Virus record (IMG/VR): IMGVR_UViG_3300044513_002008
Span: 1-36,384 of that record
DNA length: 36,384 nucleotides
Reading direction: 5' to 3' (one strand)
Origin: a virus
Taxonomy: Duplodnaviria > Caudoviricetes
This document shows, piece after piece, positions 8,644-16,992 of the stretch (within the stretch, counting starts at the first letter, position 1; each line of letters begins with the position of its first letter). A program made the translations under genes and the position numbers. Under the pieces are notes generated by a model, which worked only from the letters and a program-made list of their open reading frames with translations, ran no database searches and was not told the DNA's origin.

Positions 8644-8883
8644 ATGGAAGATACTACTATTAGACAATTAGCTGAAAAGATTGCTAAAGATTTTGCAATT
8701 TCTGTAAAAGAACGTACAGATTTACTTTTACAATTAGATGCAAACCAATATACGAATTTAGGTATAGATAGTCTTGTAGGTGAGAAAAAAAAAGTAAAGT
8801 CTGATAGTAAGTATATTTACCGTATGATACAGGGTATAGACGAATCATTGGGTAAGAGTTTAGTACAAGCAATGGATGCGTAA
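8644..8883 (+). CDS. Hypothetical protein
   Basis: 79-aa ORF, first gene after the early promoter. Confidence 0.6.
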   Translation: MEDTTIRQLAEKIAKDFAISVKERTDLLLQLDANQYTNLGIDSLVGEKKKVKSDSKYIYRMIQGIDESLGKSLVQAMDA

Positions 8884-8887
8884 AACT

Positions 8888-9286
8888 ATGCCTAAGACTG
8901 CTAAAAAACCAACACGAAGTAAACTTGTAAAAAAGTTAGATGTAGTATTTAGTAAGTACATAAGGCTAAGTAATGCAGACAGTAGAGGTATGTGTACTTG
9001 TGTTACTTGCGGTAAACAATCATATTGGGAAAAAGACCAAATAGATGCAGGACACTTTATGAGCAGGAGGTATATGAGTGTTAGATACGATGAACGTAAT
9101 GTGCATCCACAATGTAGATACTGCAACCGTATGTTAGCAGGTAATATATATAAATATTCACTTTTTCTTGGTTCAGAGTTAAGTAATGAATTATATTTGA
9201 AAAGTAAAGAAACCGTTAAATTTAGTACTACAGACTTAGAAGAAATGATTGACGAGTACACTACTAAATTAAAACCTTTTCTGTAA
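8888..9286 (+). CDS. NinG/Rap-like recombination endonuclease
   Basis: FSKYIR...CTCVTCG...DAGHFMSR...RYDERNVHPQCxYCNR; likely start ATG 8888. Confidence 0.8.
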   Translation: MPKTAKKPTRSKLVKKLDVVFSKYIRLSNADSRGMCTCVTCGKQSYWEKDQIDAGHFMSRRYMSVRYDERNVHPQCRYCNRMLAGNIYKYSLFLGSELSNELYLKSKETVKFSTTDLEEMIDEYTTKLKPFL

Positions 9287-9311
9287 TTTTAATTGTTTTA
9301 TTGTTTTGTTT

Positions 9312-9341
9312 AAGGGGTAGCTTTTAGTTGCCCCTTTTTTT
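9312..9341 (+). terminator. Rho-independent terminator
   Basis: aaggggtagc-tttta-gttgcccctt followed by a T-run. Confidence 0.75.
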
Positions 9342-9358
9342 ATTTAAAAAAAAATTAC

Positions 9359-9366
9359 TATCTTAG
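9359..9366 (+). promoter_or_regulatory. Possible sigma-A -7 element (TAnnTTAG variant)
   Basis: TATCTTAG directly after the terminator, 4 nt before ATG 9371; no clear -33 element. Confidence 0.4.
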
Positions 9367-9370
9367 CAAT

Positions 9371-9502
9371 ATGATAAATTATAAAGTAGCAGAACTTCAG
9401 GGCGAGGTCTTGGAACTGCGAGAAGAAAACAAAAAACTTAATAAACAATTAGCAATTCAAAACGGTATTAGTTATGGACAAGACACAACTTTACATTATT
9501 AA
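9371..9502 (+). CDS. Small coiled-coil protein (43 aa)
   Basis: MINYKVAELQGEVLELREENKKLNKQLAIQNG...; fills the gap between terminator and next gene. Confidence 0.5.
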   Translation: MINYKVAELQGEVLELREENKKLNKQLAIQNGISYGQDTTLHY

Positions 9503-9791
9503 GCAAAATGCACTTACTAATGCTAATGTATTTTGGCAGAAGGAAGAAAGCAAGACACCTGAAAAAGTGTTAGGTACTGCGCAACAGTTTGCAGATTGGG
9601 TAGTAGGTGGACAAAGTAATTCGGTAGCTGATTTACCTATAACACCCGACAATCAGAAAAAGTGGCTAAACAAAAATACTCCTGATTTTAATAGTATGAT
9701 TGAATACATAAAGCAGGGTGGAACGGTTAAGCAGATAAGAAACAAATACAAGGTTTCAAAAGAGGTTGAATCAGAATTAAATAAATTATAA
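9474..9791 (+). CDS. Hypothetical recombination/replication-associated protein
   Basis: 105-aa ORF directly upstream of the SSB-like gene. Confidence 0.5.
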   Translation: MDKTQLYIIKQNALTNANVFWQKEESKTPEKVLGTAQQFADWVVGGQSNSVADLPITPDNQKKWLNKNTPDFNSMIEYIKQGGTVKQIRNKYKVSKEVESELNKL

Positions 9792-10120
9792 TGAATTTAC
9801 AAGGAACTATTAAATTAATAAACGAACCTGTAACGATTAGCGACAAGCTAACTAAACAACAAATGGTACTTACAATAGATGAAGATACCAAATACCCTCA
9901 AAACATTGCTGTAGAGTTTATGAATAAAAACGTGGACATACTCAAAAAGCACAAGGTAGGAGAAAAGGTATCTGTAAATATTAACCTTAGGGGTAATGAA
10001 TACAATGGCAAGTACTATAATAACATTGTGGGATGGAGCGTTGCAACGGTAGTAAAAAACGAAGTAACGAACGCACAGCAAAACCCAGCAAGAGAACTTG
10101 AAACTGATTTACCATTTTAA
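9791..10120 (+). CDS. DUF3127-family single-stranded DNA-binding protein
   Basis: KYPQNIAVEF...VSVNINLRGNEYNGKYYNNIVGW and an acidic DLPF C-terminal tail. Confidence 0.8.
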   Translation: MNLQGTIKLINEPVTISDKLTKQQMVLTIDEDTKYPQNIAVEFMNKNVDILKKHKVGEKVSVNINLRGNEYNGKYYNNIVGWSVATVVKNEVTNAQQNPARELETDLPF

Positions 10121-10125
10121 CAATA

Positions 10126-10150
10126 GGGGGGCAAATGCCCCCTTTTTTTT
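10126..10150 (+). terminator. Rho-independent terminator
   Basis: gggggc-aaat-gccccc followed by T8; the next ATG follows immediately at 10151. Confidence 0.75.
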
Positions 10151-10303
10151 ATGCTTAAAAAACTAAAAGAAGGAGATAAATTTCCTAAAGACTTTTGGAA
10201 TTACAATATTAACCCTATATTAGGGTACGAATATACACCCGAAAGAAGAGATACTAAAAAGGAAAAAATTAAATATGGTTTAGGTAATAATGAAATAAGA
10301 TGA
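10151..10303 (+). CDS. Hypothetical protein (50 aa)
   Basis: MLKKLKEGDKFPKDFWNYNINPILGYEY...; ATGA overlap with the helicase gene. Confidence 0.5.
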   Translation: MLKKLKEGDKFPKDFWNYNINPILGYEYTPERRDTKKEKIKYGLGNNEIR

Positions 10304-11205
10304 TAGCACAAAGCAAAACAATAAAAGACAAAATACTTGACATTAAGTACGGCAGGGTAAAAGAAGGACTAAAAATAGGAATACCTGAAATAGACGAATA
10401 CATACGGTATAAGCAGGGTAATTTTAATTTAATAATTGGACACGCAAACGTAGGTAAGACTACTATAATATGCTACTTGTTTACCGTGTGGGCAATAAAA
10501 CACAAACTAAGATTTCTTATATGGTCAAGTGAAAACACACCCCAAAGCATACTAAGAAAGATAATAGAGTTTAAAATGAATAAGCCGATACATACTGCGC
10601 CTGAAGAACAAATAGAAAAGGCAATGCAATGGGCAGACACTTATTTTAAAATCATAGATGTAGAAGAACTTTACACTTATAAAGACTTGCTAAAAGAAGC
10701 ACAGGCAATAAAGAACGCTTGGAATTATAACGCAATACTTATAGACCCTTATAATAGTTTAAGTAAAGACCATCAGCTTTTAAAATCAGTAGGTGGACAC
10801 GAATACGATTATCAGGTGGCAAGTGAGTTTAGAATATTTGCTAAAAAACAAAATGTAACCGTTTATTTAAATGCTCACGGTGTTACAGATGCTTTGCGTA
10901 GAACACACGTTAAAGGACACGAATACGAGAACCTGCCAATGCCTTTAGGTCTTGCAAGTGTTGAGGGTGGTGGTAAATGGAGTAACCGAGCGGACGATGT
11001 AATAAGTTGCCACAGGTACACTTCAAGTGAAACAGATTGGATGTTTAGCCACTTACACGTTTTAAAGGTTAAAGAAACGGAAACAGGAGGCAGATGCACA
11101 CCATACGAACAACCTATAAAATTAAGAATGTCTATAAATAATGTAGGATTTGAATTTCACGGCAAAGACATTTTACACGATAAACCTTTAAATATAGAAT
11201 TTTGA
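10300..11205 (+). CDS. SF4 (DnaB / T7 gp4-like) replicative helicase, no primase domain
   Basis: Walker A GHANVGKT, WSSEN, Walker B ILIDPYN, LNAH motif. Confidence 0.8.
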   Translation: MIAQSKTIKDKILDIKYGRVKEGLKIGIPEIDEYIRYKQGNFNLIIGHANVGKTTIICYLFTVWAIKHKLRFLIWSSENTPQSILRKIIEFKMNKPIHTAPEEQIEKAMQWADTYFKIIDVEELYTYKDLLKEAQAIKNAWNYNAILIDPYNSLSKDHQLLKSVGGHEYDYQVASEFRIFAKKQNVTVYLNAHGVTDALRRTHVKGHEYENLPMPLGLASVEGGGKWSNRADDVISCHRYTSSETDWMFSHLHVLKVKETETGGRCTPYEQPIKLRMSINNVGFEFHGKDILHDKPLNIEF

Positions 11206-11498
11206 ACGCAGAACTTTTATTTACGCACCCCTTTGTACCAGTATTTTTTATGCTAATGTTAATAGGGTTAATATTTGTCATCATTGGAATTATAGTTGAG
11301 GCAGATATTATTATAAGTCCTATTAAGGGATTTGTTATTGGTGCATTAGTACACAACGAAACATTTACAGAAAACAATAATGAAATTACGGAATATACTT
11401 TACAATGTCTTTTAGGAATAATAAGTATTAACGTAATATGGACGAATCAAAATGGCTCGAAAGAGTCGCCAAACGACATAACGAATGGATTAAAATAG
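11202..11498 (+). CDS. Hypothetical membrane protein
   Basis: Long hydrophobic segment; start uncertain (TTG 11202 or ATG 11250). Confidence 0.45.
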   Translation: MNAELLFTHPFVPVFFMLMLIGLIFVIIGIIVEADIIISPIKGFVIGALVHNETFTENNNEITEYTLQCLLGIISINVIWTNQNGSKESPNDITNGLK

Positions 11499-12004
11499 TA
11501 CATTCTTTTGGAGAGTATGACTATGCGGAGGATATAGTGCAGGAGATGTACATAACCTTATATAAATATGCAAGCGAAGAAAAGATTGTGGAAAAAGGTG
11601 TTGTTAGCAGGGGTTATTGCTATTTTACCCTTCGCTCTATTTTTTTACAGTATTGTAATGCTAAAAACAAAATACAAAAAGTTGAACTTGACGATGAGGA
11701 AGTTTATACGCAAATTGCGGACTATTCGGAAATGGATGCTGAAATAGGATATGATAAATTCAGAACACTAATAGACGAACACATAGACAATTGGAGATGG
11801 TATGACAAAACACTATTTAAGATTTACCGAGATACTGATATGTCTATAAGAAAAATAGCAGAAGAAACTAACATAAGTTGGGTAAGTATATTTAACACAC
11901 TAAAAAAGTGCAAAGAAGAACTAAAAGAATTGTTTAACGAAGATTACGAAGATTTAAATAACCAAGATTATGAAAGAATTAGCACCAAAAGACAAGAGGA
12001 CTAA
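11438..12004 (+). CDS. Phage ECF-like sigma-70 factor (regions 2 and 4)
   Basis: Region-2-like AEDIVQEMYITL...YFTLRS and region-4 HTH MSIRKIAEETNISWVSIFNTLKK; 188 aa. Confidence 0.75.
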   Translation: MDESKWLERVAKRHNEWIKIVHSFGEYDYAEDIVQEMYITLYKYASEEKIVEKGVVSRGYCYFTLRSIFLQYCNAKNKIQKVELDDEEVYTQIADYSEMDAEIGYDKFRTLIDEHIDNWRWYDKTLFKIYRDTDMSIRKIAEETNISWVSIFNTLKKCKEELKELFNEDYEDLNNQDYERISTKRQED

Positions 12005-12380
12005 AGCCTATAAGGAATGGGCAAAGAATCACGCACAGGCAAGTGAAGGACTGGGAGATACCGTAGAAAAGATAACTACTGCAACTGGAATAAAAAAAGC
12101 GGTTAAATGGTTAGCAGGAGAAGATTGTGGATGCGACCAAAGAAAGGAAAAACTTAATGAAATGTTTAGGTACAAAAAGCCTGAATGTTTTACCGAAAAA
12201 GAATTTGAACTTATTAAGACGGCAGTAGATACTAAGAAAAATAAGTTTAGTCCTGCAGAGCAAGAGGAGTACAAACAAATCTACGAAAGAATATTTAACA
12301 CCAAAGTACAATGCACCCCTTGTAGTTTTGCTAAGGTGGTTTGGAAAGACTTGTTAGCCGTTTATAATTTGTATTTGTGA
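11970..12380 (+). CDS. Cys-rich hypothetical protein (CGC...CxxC)
   Basis: GLGDTVEKITTATGIKK...DCGCDQRKEKLN...CTPC; overlaps the 3' end of the sigma gene. Confidence 0.6.
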   Translation: MKELAPKDKRTKAYKEWAKNHAQASEGLGDTVEKITTATGIKKAVKWLAGEDCGCDQRKEKLNEMFRYKKPECFTEKEFELIKTAVDTKKNKFSPAEQEEYKQIYERIFNTKVQCTPCSFAKVVWKDLLAVYNLYL

Positions 12381-12766
12381 AAAGCTGGAAAGAAAACGAC
12401 TTATTTGAATATTTGCAAAATTGTTGCTATCCTGATTTAGTTAAGGCACGCAAGCAAATGTCTAAATGGGATTGTTATTCACCAAACAAAAAACACAGGA
12501 TAGAGTTAAAATGTAGGGGTAAGCACTACGACACGCTGCTAATTGAAAGAAAGAAGTACGATGCAATGATTAGTAAGGCAGATGAAAACTTAGACATACC
12601 TATATACATCAACTCAACACCAAAAGGTATATATAAATTTAATTTGTATCTTGTAAAACCAAAATGGGAAATACAGTACCATAACAAAACAACTCACTTT
12701 AGTGATAACAATAAAATTAAAAAGGAAGTGGCTATGCTTCCTATTATAGATGCAGAAATACTATGA
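12377..12766 (+). CDS. PD-(D/E)XK nuclease-like protein
   Basis: WDCY...RIELKCR (D...ExK); GTGA overlap. Confidence 0.55.
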   Translation: MKSWKENDLFEYLQNCCYPDLVKARKQMSKWDCYSPNKKHRIELKCRGKHYDTLLIERKKYDAMISKADENLDIPIYINSTPKGIYKFNLYLVKPKWEIQYHNKTTHFSDNNKIKKEVAMLPIIDAEIL

Positions 12767-13074
12767 ATAAGAAAATCCACAACCTAAAACATCTGAAATA
12801 TTTAGCCAACTTTGATATTATTGCAAACACTTTTTTAGATTGGCAGGAAAAGAAACCAAACGATACGGTAGAAAAGTTAATGGGTAGCCTTATAGACATC
12901 AACTATTACATAACAGAGATATATAAAAACGAACTCTACTACAATGAAAGTCTTAATGAATATAGGTCAGACAAACTTAGAGCAATAGAGAGAGCGCAAA
13001 AAGCTGAAAAGAAAGTAGAAGAACTTGAACAAGAAATATTAAAACTTAAAAAAGAAAAAAAACTTGGATTATGA
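12763..13074 (+). CDS. Hypothetical coiled-coil protein
   Basis: 103-aa ORF with ATGA overlaps at both ends. Confidence 0.6.
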   Translation: MNKKIHNLKHLKYLANFDIIANTFLDWQEKKPNDTVEKLMGSLIDINYYITEIYKNELYYNESLNEYRSDKLRAIERAQKAEKKVEELEQEILKLKKEKKLGL

Positions 13075-13337
13075 GCGACAGTATAAGCAAATATTGGGAA
13101 AAAGACTACTCTACGTCTTTAAACACAAGACGACTTAAAGATATTAGCGACCCAATAGTAGAAAGTGTAAAACAATTGCTAACCCTAAGAAGTAAAATGG
13201 GGATAACAAAATACGATACTACACTTAACGATAGTAAACTTTCAACCCTGCAATGGTTACAACACCTGCAAGAGGAATTACTGGACGGTGCTTGTTATAT
13301 AGAAAGACTAAAGAAAGATTTAAATGAAAGAGAGTAG
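13071..13337 (+). CDS. Small all-alpha protein, MazG/NTP-pyrophosphatase-like motif
   Basis: GITKY...WLQHLQEELLDGACY (EExxD motif). Confidence 0.45.
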   Translation: MSDSISKYWEKDYSTSLNTRRLKDISDPIVESVKQLLTLRSKMGITKYDTTLNDSKLSTLQWLQHLQEELLDGACYIERLKKDLNERE

Positions 13338-13455
13338 TTTAATTAAAATGCAAAGAGAACTGAAAGAACTCCAAACGTTTTGTGTGATACTTTCAATGAG
13401 ATTAGATAAACTTGAACCTAAAAAAGATGCCAATACCGAAACCAAAAACGGGTGA
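13324..13455 (+). CDS. Hypothetical protein (43 aa)
   Basis: MKESSLIKMQRELKELQTFCVILSMRLDKLE...; fills the gap. Confidence 0.45.
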   Translation: MKESSLIKMQRELKELQTFCVILSMRLDKLEPKKDANTETKNG

Positions 13456-13567
13456 AACCCAAAAAAAATTCATACAAAGATGTATGATTAATTCTACTAT
13501 GATTGCAGAATACAAGGACACCGACCAAAGATATGCGGTTTGTATAGATGTTTTTAACAAAAAATAA
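13427..13567 (+). CDS. Small conserved phage protein (46 aa)
   Basis: MPIPKPKTGETQKKFIQRCM...DQRYAVC, a recurring phage mini-protein pattern. Confidence 0.55.
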   Translation: MPIPKPKTGETQKKFIQRCMINSTMIAEYKDTDQRYAVCIDVFNKK

Positions 13568-13568
13568 T

Positions 13569-13599
13569 TTTGTTAATTAAAAATTAATAAGTAACTTAG
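13569..13599 (+). promoter_or_regulatory. Bacteroidota sigma-A-type promoter
   Basis: TTTG(13569)-N19-TAACTTAG(13592); intergenic; canonical -33/-7 spacing. Confidence 0.65.
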
Positions 13600-13621
13600 C
13601 ATAAATTTAAAACAATTAATT

Positions 13622-13777
13622 ATGAGCAGTTACGAAGAACTATTTTACAGAAGCTACACCGAAGAAGAACTTCGGAACTTGTGCCTTGACGAATCGCAGT
13701 TAGACTACTTTCGTAAGAGGTGCGAGATTGAATTACTACGCAGACAGGAATCAGAAGATGAAATGTTAGGGATATGA
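13622..13777 (+). CDS. Hypothetical acidic protein (51 aa)
   Basis: MSSYEELFYRSYTEEELRNL...; A-rich leader; ATGA overlap with the exonuclease gene. Confidence 0.55.
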   Translation: MSSYEELFYRSYTEEELRNLCLDESQLDYFRKRCEIELLRRQESEDEMLGI

Positions 13778-14535
13778 TAACACTACTAAACAATGAGCAT
13801 TGGGGTAAGGAAGAAATACTTACGCAGATGTATGATGACGAGTTCTACTATGGGCATTTAGGCAAACACGCATTAAGTAGCAGTAGTCTAAAAACCTTAC
13901 TCAAAAGTCCAAAGACATATAGAAACGTCATTAAGTACGGAAGTAGTGAAACACCTGCATTGCGACAAGGTAAGCTATTGCATTGGATGGTATTAGAACC
14001 ACACAAAATAGATGCCTTACACTTTGTGGATGCTTCTACTAAAAACACAAACATATACAAGGAAGCATTATCTAAACACGGAGAGGTTTATTTAGAGAAA
14101 GAAAAACAAGAGGCTGAACGTTTGGCAGATGCTTTACTAAGAAACGAAGAAGCGTTAAAATTGATTAACAAGTCAGAGTTTGAAGTACCTGCAATAGAAA
14201 TGTTAGACGGTTATCCTGTAAGGGGTAAAGCGGACATACTAAAAGGCGACCAAATTATTGATTTAAAAAGTAGTCAGGAACTAAACAGTTTTAGGTACTC
14301 GGCAGATAAATACGGATATGATTTGCAAGCATACATTTACAAAAGACTATTCAAAGCAAGTAAGGTTACCTTCTTGGTAATAGACAAAGGCAGTTGCGAC
14401 ATAGGAGTGTTCGAAGCAAGTGAAGATTTTATAGCAAGAGGCGAGGACAAATTTAGACAAGCAATAGACCTATATAAATACTTCTTTGTAGAAGAACACG
14501 ACCTTGACCAATATGTACTAAGGGGAATATTATAA
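13774..14535 (+). CDS. RecE/exonuclease VIII-like PD-(D/E)XK nuclease (DUF3799-like)
   Basis: LSSSSLKTLLKSP, RGKADIL...IIDLKS, YGYDLQAYIY. Confidence 0.8.
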   Translation: MITLLNNEHWGKEEILTQMYDDEFYYGHLGKHALSSSSLKTLLKSPKTYRNVIKYGSSETPALRQGKLLHWMVLEPHKIDALHFVDASTKNTNIYKEALSKHGEVYLEKEKQEAERLADALLRNEEALKLINKSEFEVPAIEMLDGYPVRGKADILKGDQIIDLKSSQELNSFRYSADKYGYDLQAYIYKRLFKASKVTFLVIDKGSCDIGVFEASEDFIARGEDKFRQAIDLYKYFFVEEHDLDQYVLRGIL

Positions 14536-14584
14536 GGGGAAGCTGAAAACCTTTTAGAGTAAGCAAAACAATAAAACACATATT

Positions 14585-15319
14585 ATGAAAACAATTAAAA
14601 TTGGAAAATTTGAAATTGTAAACATTGGTAAATTAAAACCAAGTGAATACAATAGAGAGATTAACGACAAACACGTTGATAAACAAGGTCAAAGTTTGTT
14701 GGAACTTGGATGGGCTGGATGTATTATTGTAGATAATGACTATAATATATTAGATGGACATCACAAATATAATTATTGTAAGAAACAAAAAATACAAGAA
14801 GTTCCAATCTACAAGATGACTTGGTTGAAAAATTTAACGGGTAAAGAAATATTATCTGTAATACTAAAACTAAATGCTAAAACCTTGAATTGGAAACCTG
14901 AACAGTTATTATCAAGATATGCAAAATTAGATTATGACTATTCTGTAGCGAATAAAGAACAAGAGTTTTATGGAATTAAACATATGCCACCATCTACATT
15001 AGTTTATGCTTTTTTTAATAACCCAAGCAGTTCAAATCAATTTAGAGAGGGCAGATGTAAAATAATAGATTTAGATTATACTAAAGAAGTTTTATCAGAA
15101 CTTTCACGTCTTAGAAACGAATATGGAGATAGTTTAGTTGGTGGTTCTTCAATGAGGGAAATCGCAAGACAATCTTGGAGTATATATAAGAAGAAAATAA
15201 ATTTACAATATCTAATAGACGAATATGAAGATATGTTAAGCAGTAACCACCAATATTGTTACAACATAAAAGCATTTAAAAAGTATTTCGACAAAAAAAT
15301 TAAAAGAAGTGTTAAATAA
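14585..15319 (+). CDS. ParB/Srx N-terminal domain protein
   Basis: LKPSEYNREIN...GW...IIVD...ILDGHH. Confidence 0.65.
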   Translation: MKTIKIGKFEIVNIGKLKPSEYNREINDKHVDKQGQSLLELGWAGCIIVDNDYNILDGHHKYNYCKKQKIQEVPIYKMTWLKNLTGKEILSVILKLNAKTLNWKPEQLLSRYAKLDYDYSVANKEQEFYGIKHMPPSTLVYAFFNNPSSSNQFREGRCKIIDLDYTKEVLSELSRLRNEYGDSLVGGSSMREIARQSWSIYKKKINLQYLIDEYEDMLSSNHQYCYNIKAFKKYFDKKIKRSVK

Positions 15320-16046
15320 AATATATAATGAGGACTGTTTGACCACAATGAACAGTATGGAAGATAATTCTATTGACGTTGTGGTTACTTCACCTCCTTA
15401 TAATATGGGTAAAGGCAGGCGAAACGGAAACAGTAATGCATCTCTTAATTATGATAGTTACGATGACAACCTACCACTTGATGAGTATTTTTTACAGACA
15501 AAGAAATGGATAGACGAACTGTATAGAGTATCTAAATATCATATATTCTACAACGTACAAGAAATATCAGGAAACAAAGGTATAGTAAGATACATTTTAA
15601 ACGAATATCATAACAAAATCAAACACACATTTTTTTGGGTAAAACCAAACCCACCAAGCGCAATCTTAGAAACAGGAGTTGCAAACGGAATAGAATACAT
15701 ATTTTGTATATCAAAAGACAATCCTGCAAAACAGAACTTTAACTATTGTAATTACTCTAATAGAAACGGAGATTATATTAAAAACGTAATTATAAAACCT
15801 GTAAACTCTGACAAAGAAACAGATGGACATTCATTTGCATTTGGGGATTGGTTGCCAAAATACTTTATTAACTATTTTTCTAAAGAAGGTGATTTAATTT
15901 ATGACCCTTTTATGGGAACAGGCACAACAGCTAAAGCATCCATACTTTTAAATAGAAATTATATAGGAAGTGAAATATCAAAACAATACTGTAAAATTGC
16001 AGAAAAAAGATTACATAAATATAAATCTCAATTAAGAATGTTTTGA
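15309..16046 (+). CDS. DNA methyltransferase, N4-C/N6-A, beta class
   Basis: Catalytic TSPPY precedes SAM-binding DPFMGTGTT; GTG start. Confidence 0.88.
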   Translation: MLNKIYNEDCLTTMNSMEDNSIDVVVTSPPYNMGKGRRNGNSNASLNYDSYDDNLPLDEYFLQTKKWIDELYRVSKYHIFYNVQEISGNKGIVRYILNEYHNKIKHTFFWVKPNPPSAILETGVANGIEYIFCISKDNPAKQNFNYCNYSNRNGDYIKNVIIKPVNSDKETDGHSFAFGDWLPKYFINYFSKEGDLIYDPFMGTGTTAKASILLNRNYIGSEISKQYCKIAEKRLHKYKSQLRMF

Positions 16047-16222
16047 ATAAAACAATAGTAAGAGAATATTACCTTTTAGCACTATTAGACTTTAGAAACG
16101 GTCTTAGTGTAGAGGAAATGTACGAAACATTAAAAATGTACGAGGACTTGGAAGATTACGAGGCTTGTACAGGAATATTAAAAGCAATAAAAGAACACGA
16201 ATATGACAATAGACAACATTAA
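16043..16222 (+). CDS. Hypothetical protein (59 aa, TTG start)
   Basis: Open frame with EDLEDYEACTGILKA; TTGA overlap with the MTase stop. Confidence 0.5.
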   Translation: MNKTIVREYYLLALLDFRNGLSVEEMYETLKMYEDLEDYEACTGILKAIKEHEYDNRQH

Positions 16223-16604
16223 AGAAATAGTAGAAACACAAACAGGAGTTAATTTAAGCAACCCATCAAGAAAGAATGAATTGGTTTATTTAAGGGCATT
16301 GTACTTTAACCTATGTAGGGAATATACAAGACACCCTTTCGATGTTATTGGTAAATCAGTAGGCAAACACCACGCAACTGTAATACACGGAATAAAACTA
16401 TTTAGGGATTGGATAGACCAGCACGAACCTAATTACATAGAACTATACGAGGACTTAGATAGGGAAGTAAGAAAAGTATTTAGAAAAGAAACAACTAAAT
16501 ATAGAGGTAGGGATTTCTACAGGACTAAATATGCTAAGGCACTTATAGAACTTAGAGATGTAAGAAACAAACATAGAAACCTAAAGAAGTTAGTAAATGT
16601 TTGA
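16203..16604 (+). CDS. DnaA C-terminal (domain IV)-like HTH protein
   Basis: SRKNELVYLRALYFNLCRE...IGKSVGKHHATVIHGIK resembles the DnaA R(D/N)HxTVxH signature. Confidence 0.7.
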   Translation: MTIDNIKEIVETQTGVNLSNPSRKNELVYLRALYFNLCREYTRHPFDVIGKSVGKHHATVIHGIKLFRDWIDQHEPNYIELYEDLDREVRKVFRKETTKYRGRDFYRTKYAKALIELRDVRNKHRNLKKLVNV

Positions 16605-16674
16605 AACAATAACAATATTTTACTTAACCGCAATAGTAGTATTACTAATAGGATTGTTTTTTAACAAAGAATAG
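16597..16674 (+). CDS. Single-TM peptide (25 aa)
   Basis: MFETITIFYLTAIVVLLIGLFFNKE. Confidence 0.4.
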   Translation: MFETITIFYLTAIVVLLIGLFFNKE

Positions 16675-16691
16675 TTTTTTTTATTGTTATA
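16662..16691 (+). promoter_or_regulatory. Putative phage late promoter 1 (upstream of terS)
   Basis: TAACA(16662)-N15-TATTG(16682)TTATA. Confidence 0.7.
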
Positions 16692-16719
16692 TTAGAATCA
16701 TTAATGATATTTTTTGATT

Positions 16720-16962
16720 ATGGACAAAAGAAAGTTTAACGGAGGTAATAAAAATGCAGGAAGAAAACCTAAAGCAGAAGAAGTACAACTGATAGAAAAA
16801 CTTACCCCATTAGAACCATTGGCATTTGAAGCGTTAATGAAAGGATTGGAAAAGCAAGACTTTAAATTTGTCCAACTGTTCTATAACTATTACGCAGGTA
16901 AGCCAAGAGAAACTAAGGACATTACAATCAACGAGGACTTACCTTTGTTTATGGAGGACTAA
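16720..16962 (+). CDS. Terminase small subunit (putative)
   Basis: GGNKNAGRKPK N-terminal motif; directly upstream of terL. Confidence 0.6.
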   Translation: MDKRKFNGGNKNAGRKPKAEEVQLIEKLTPLEPLAFEALMKGLEKQDFKFVQLFYNYYAGKPRETKDITINEDLPLFMED

Positions 16963-16992
16963 GGATAACCACAACCCTGTCTTTCATTATTT

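Noticed and set aside
16960-16992. DnaA-box-like or pac-like sequence between terS and terL (taaggataaccacaaccc)
   Set aside because: Two mismatches to TTATCCACA, a single copy, and no supporting pattern.
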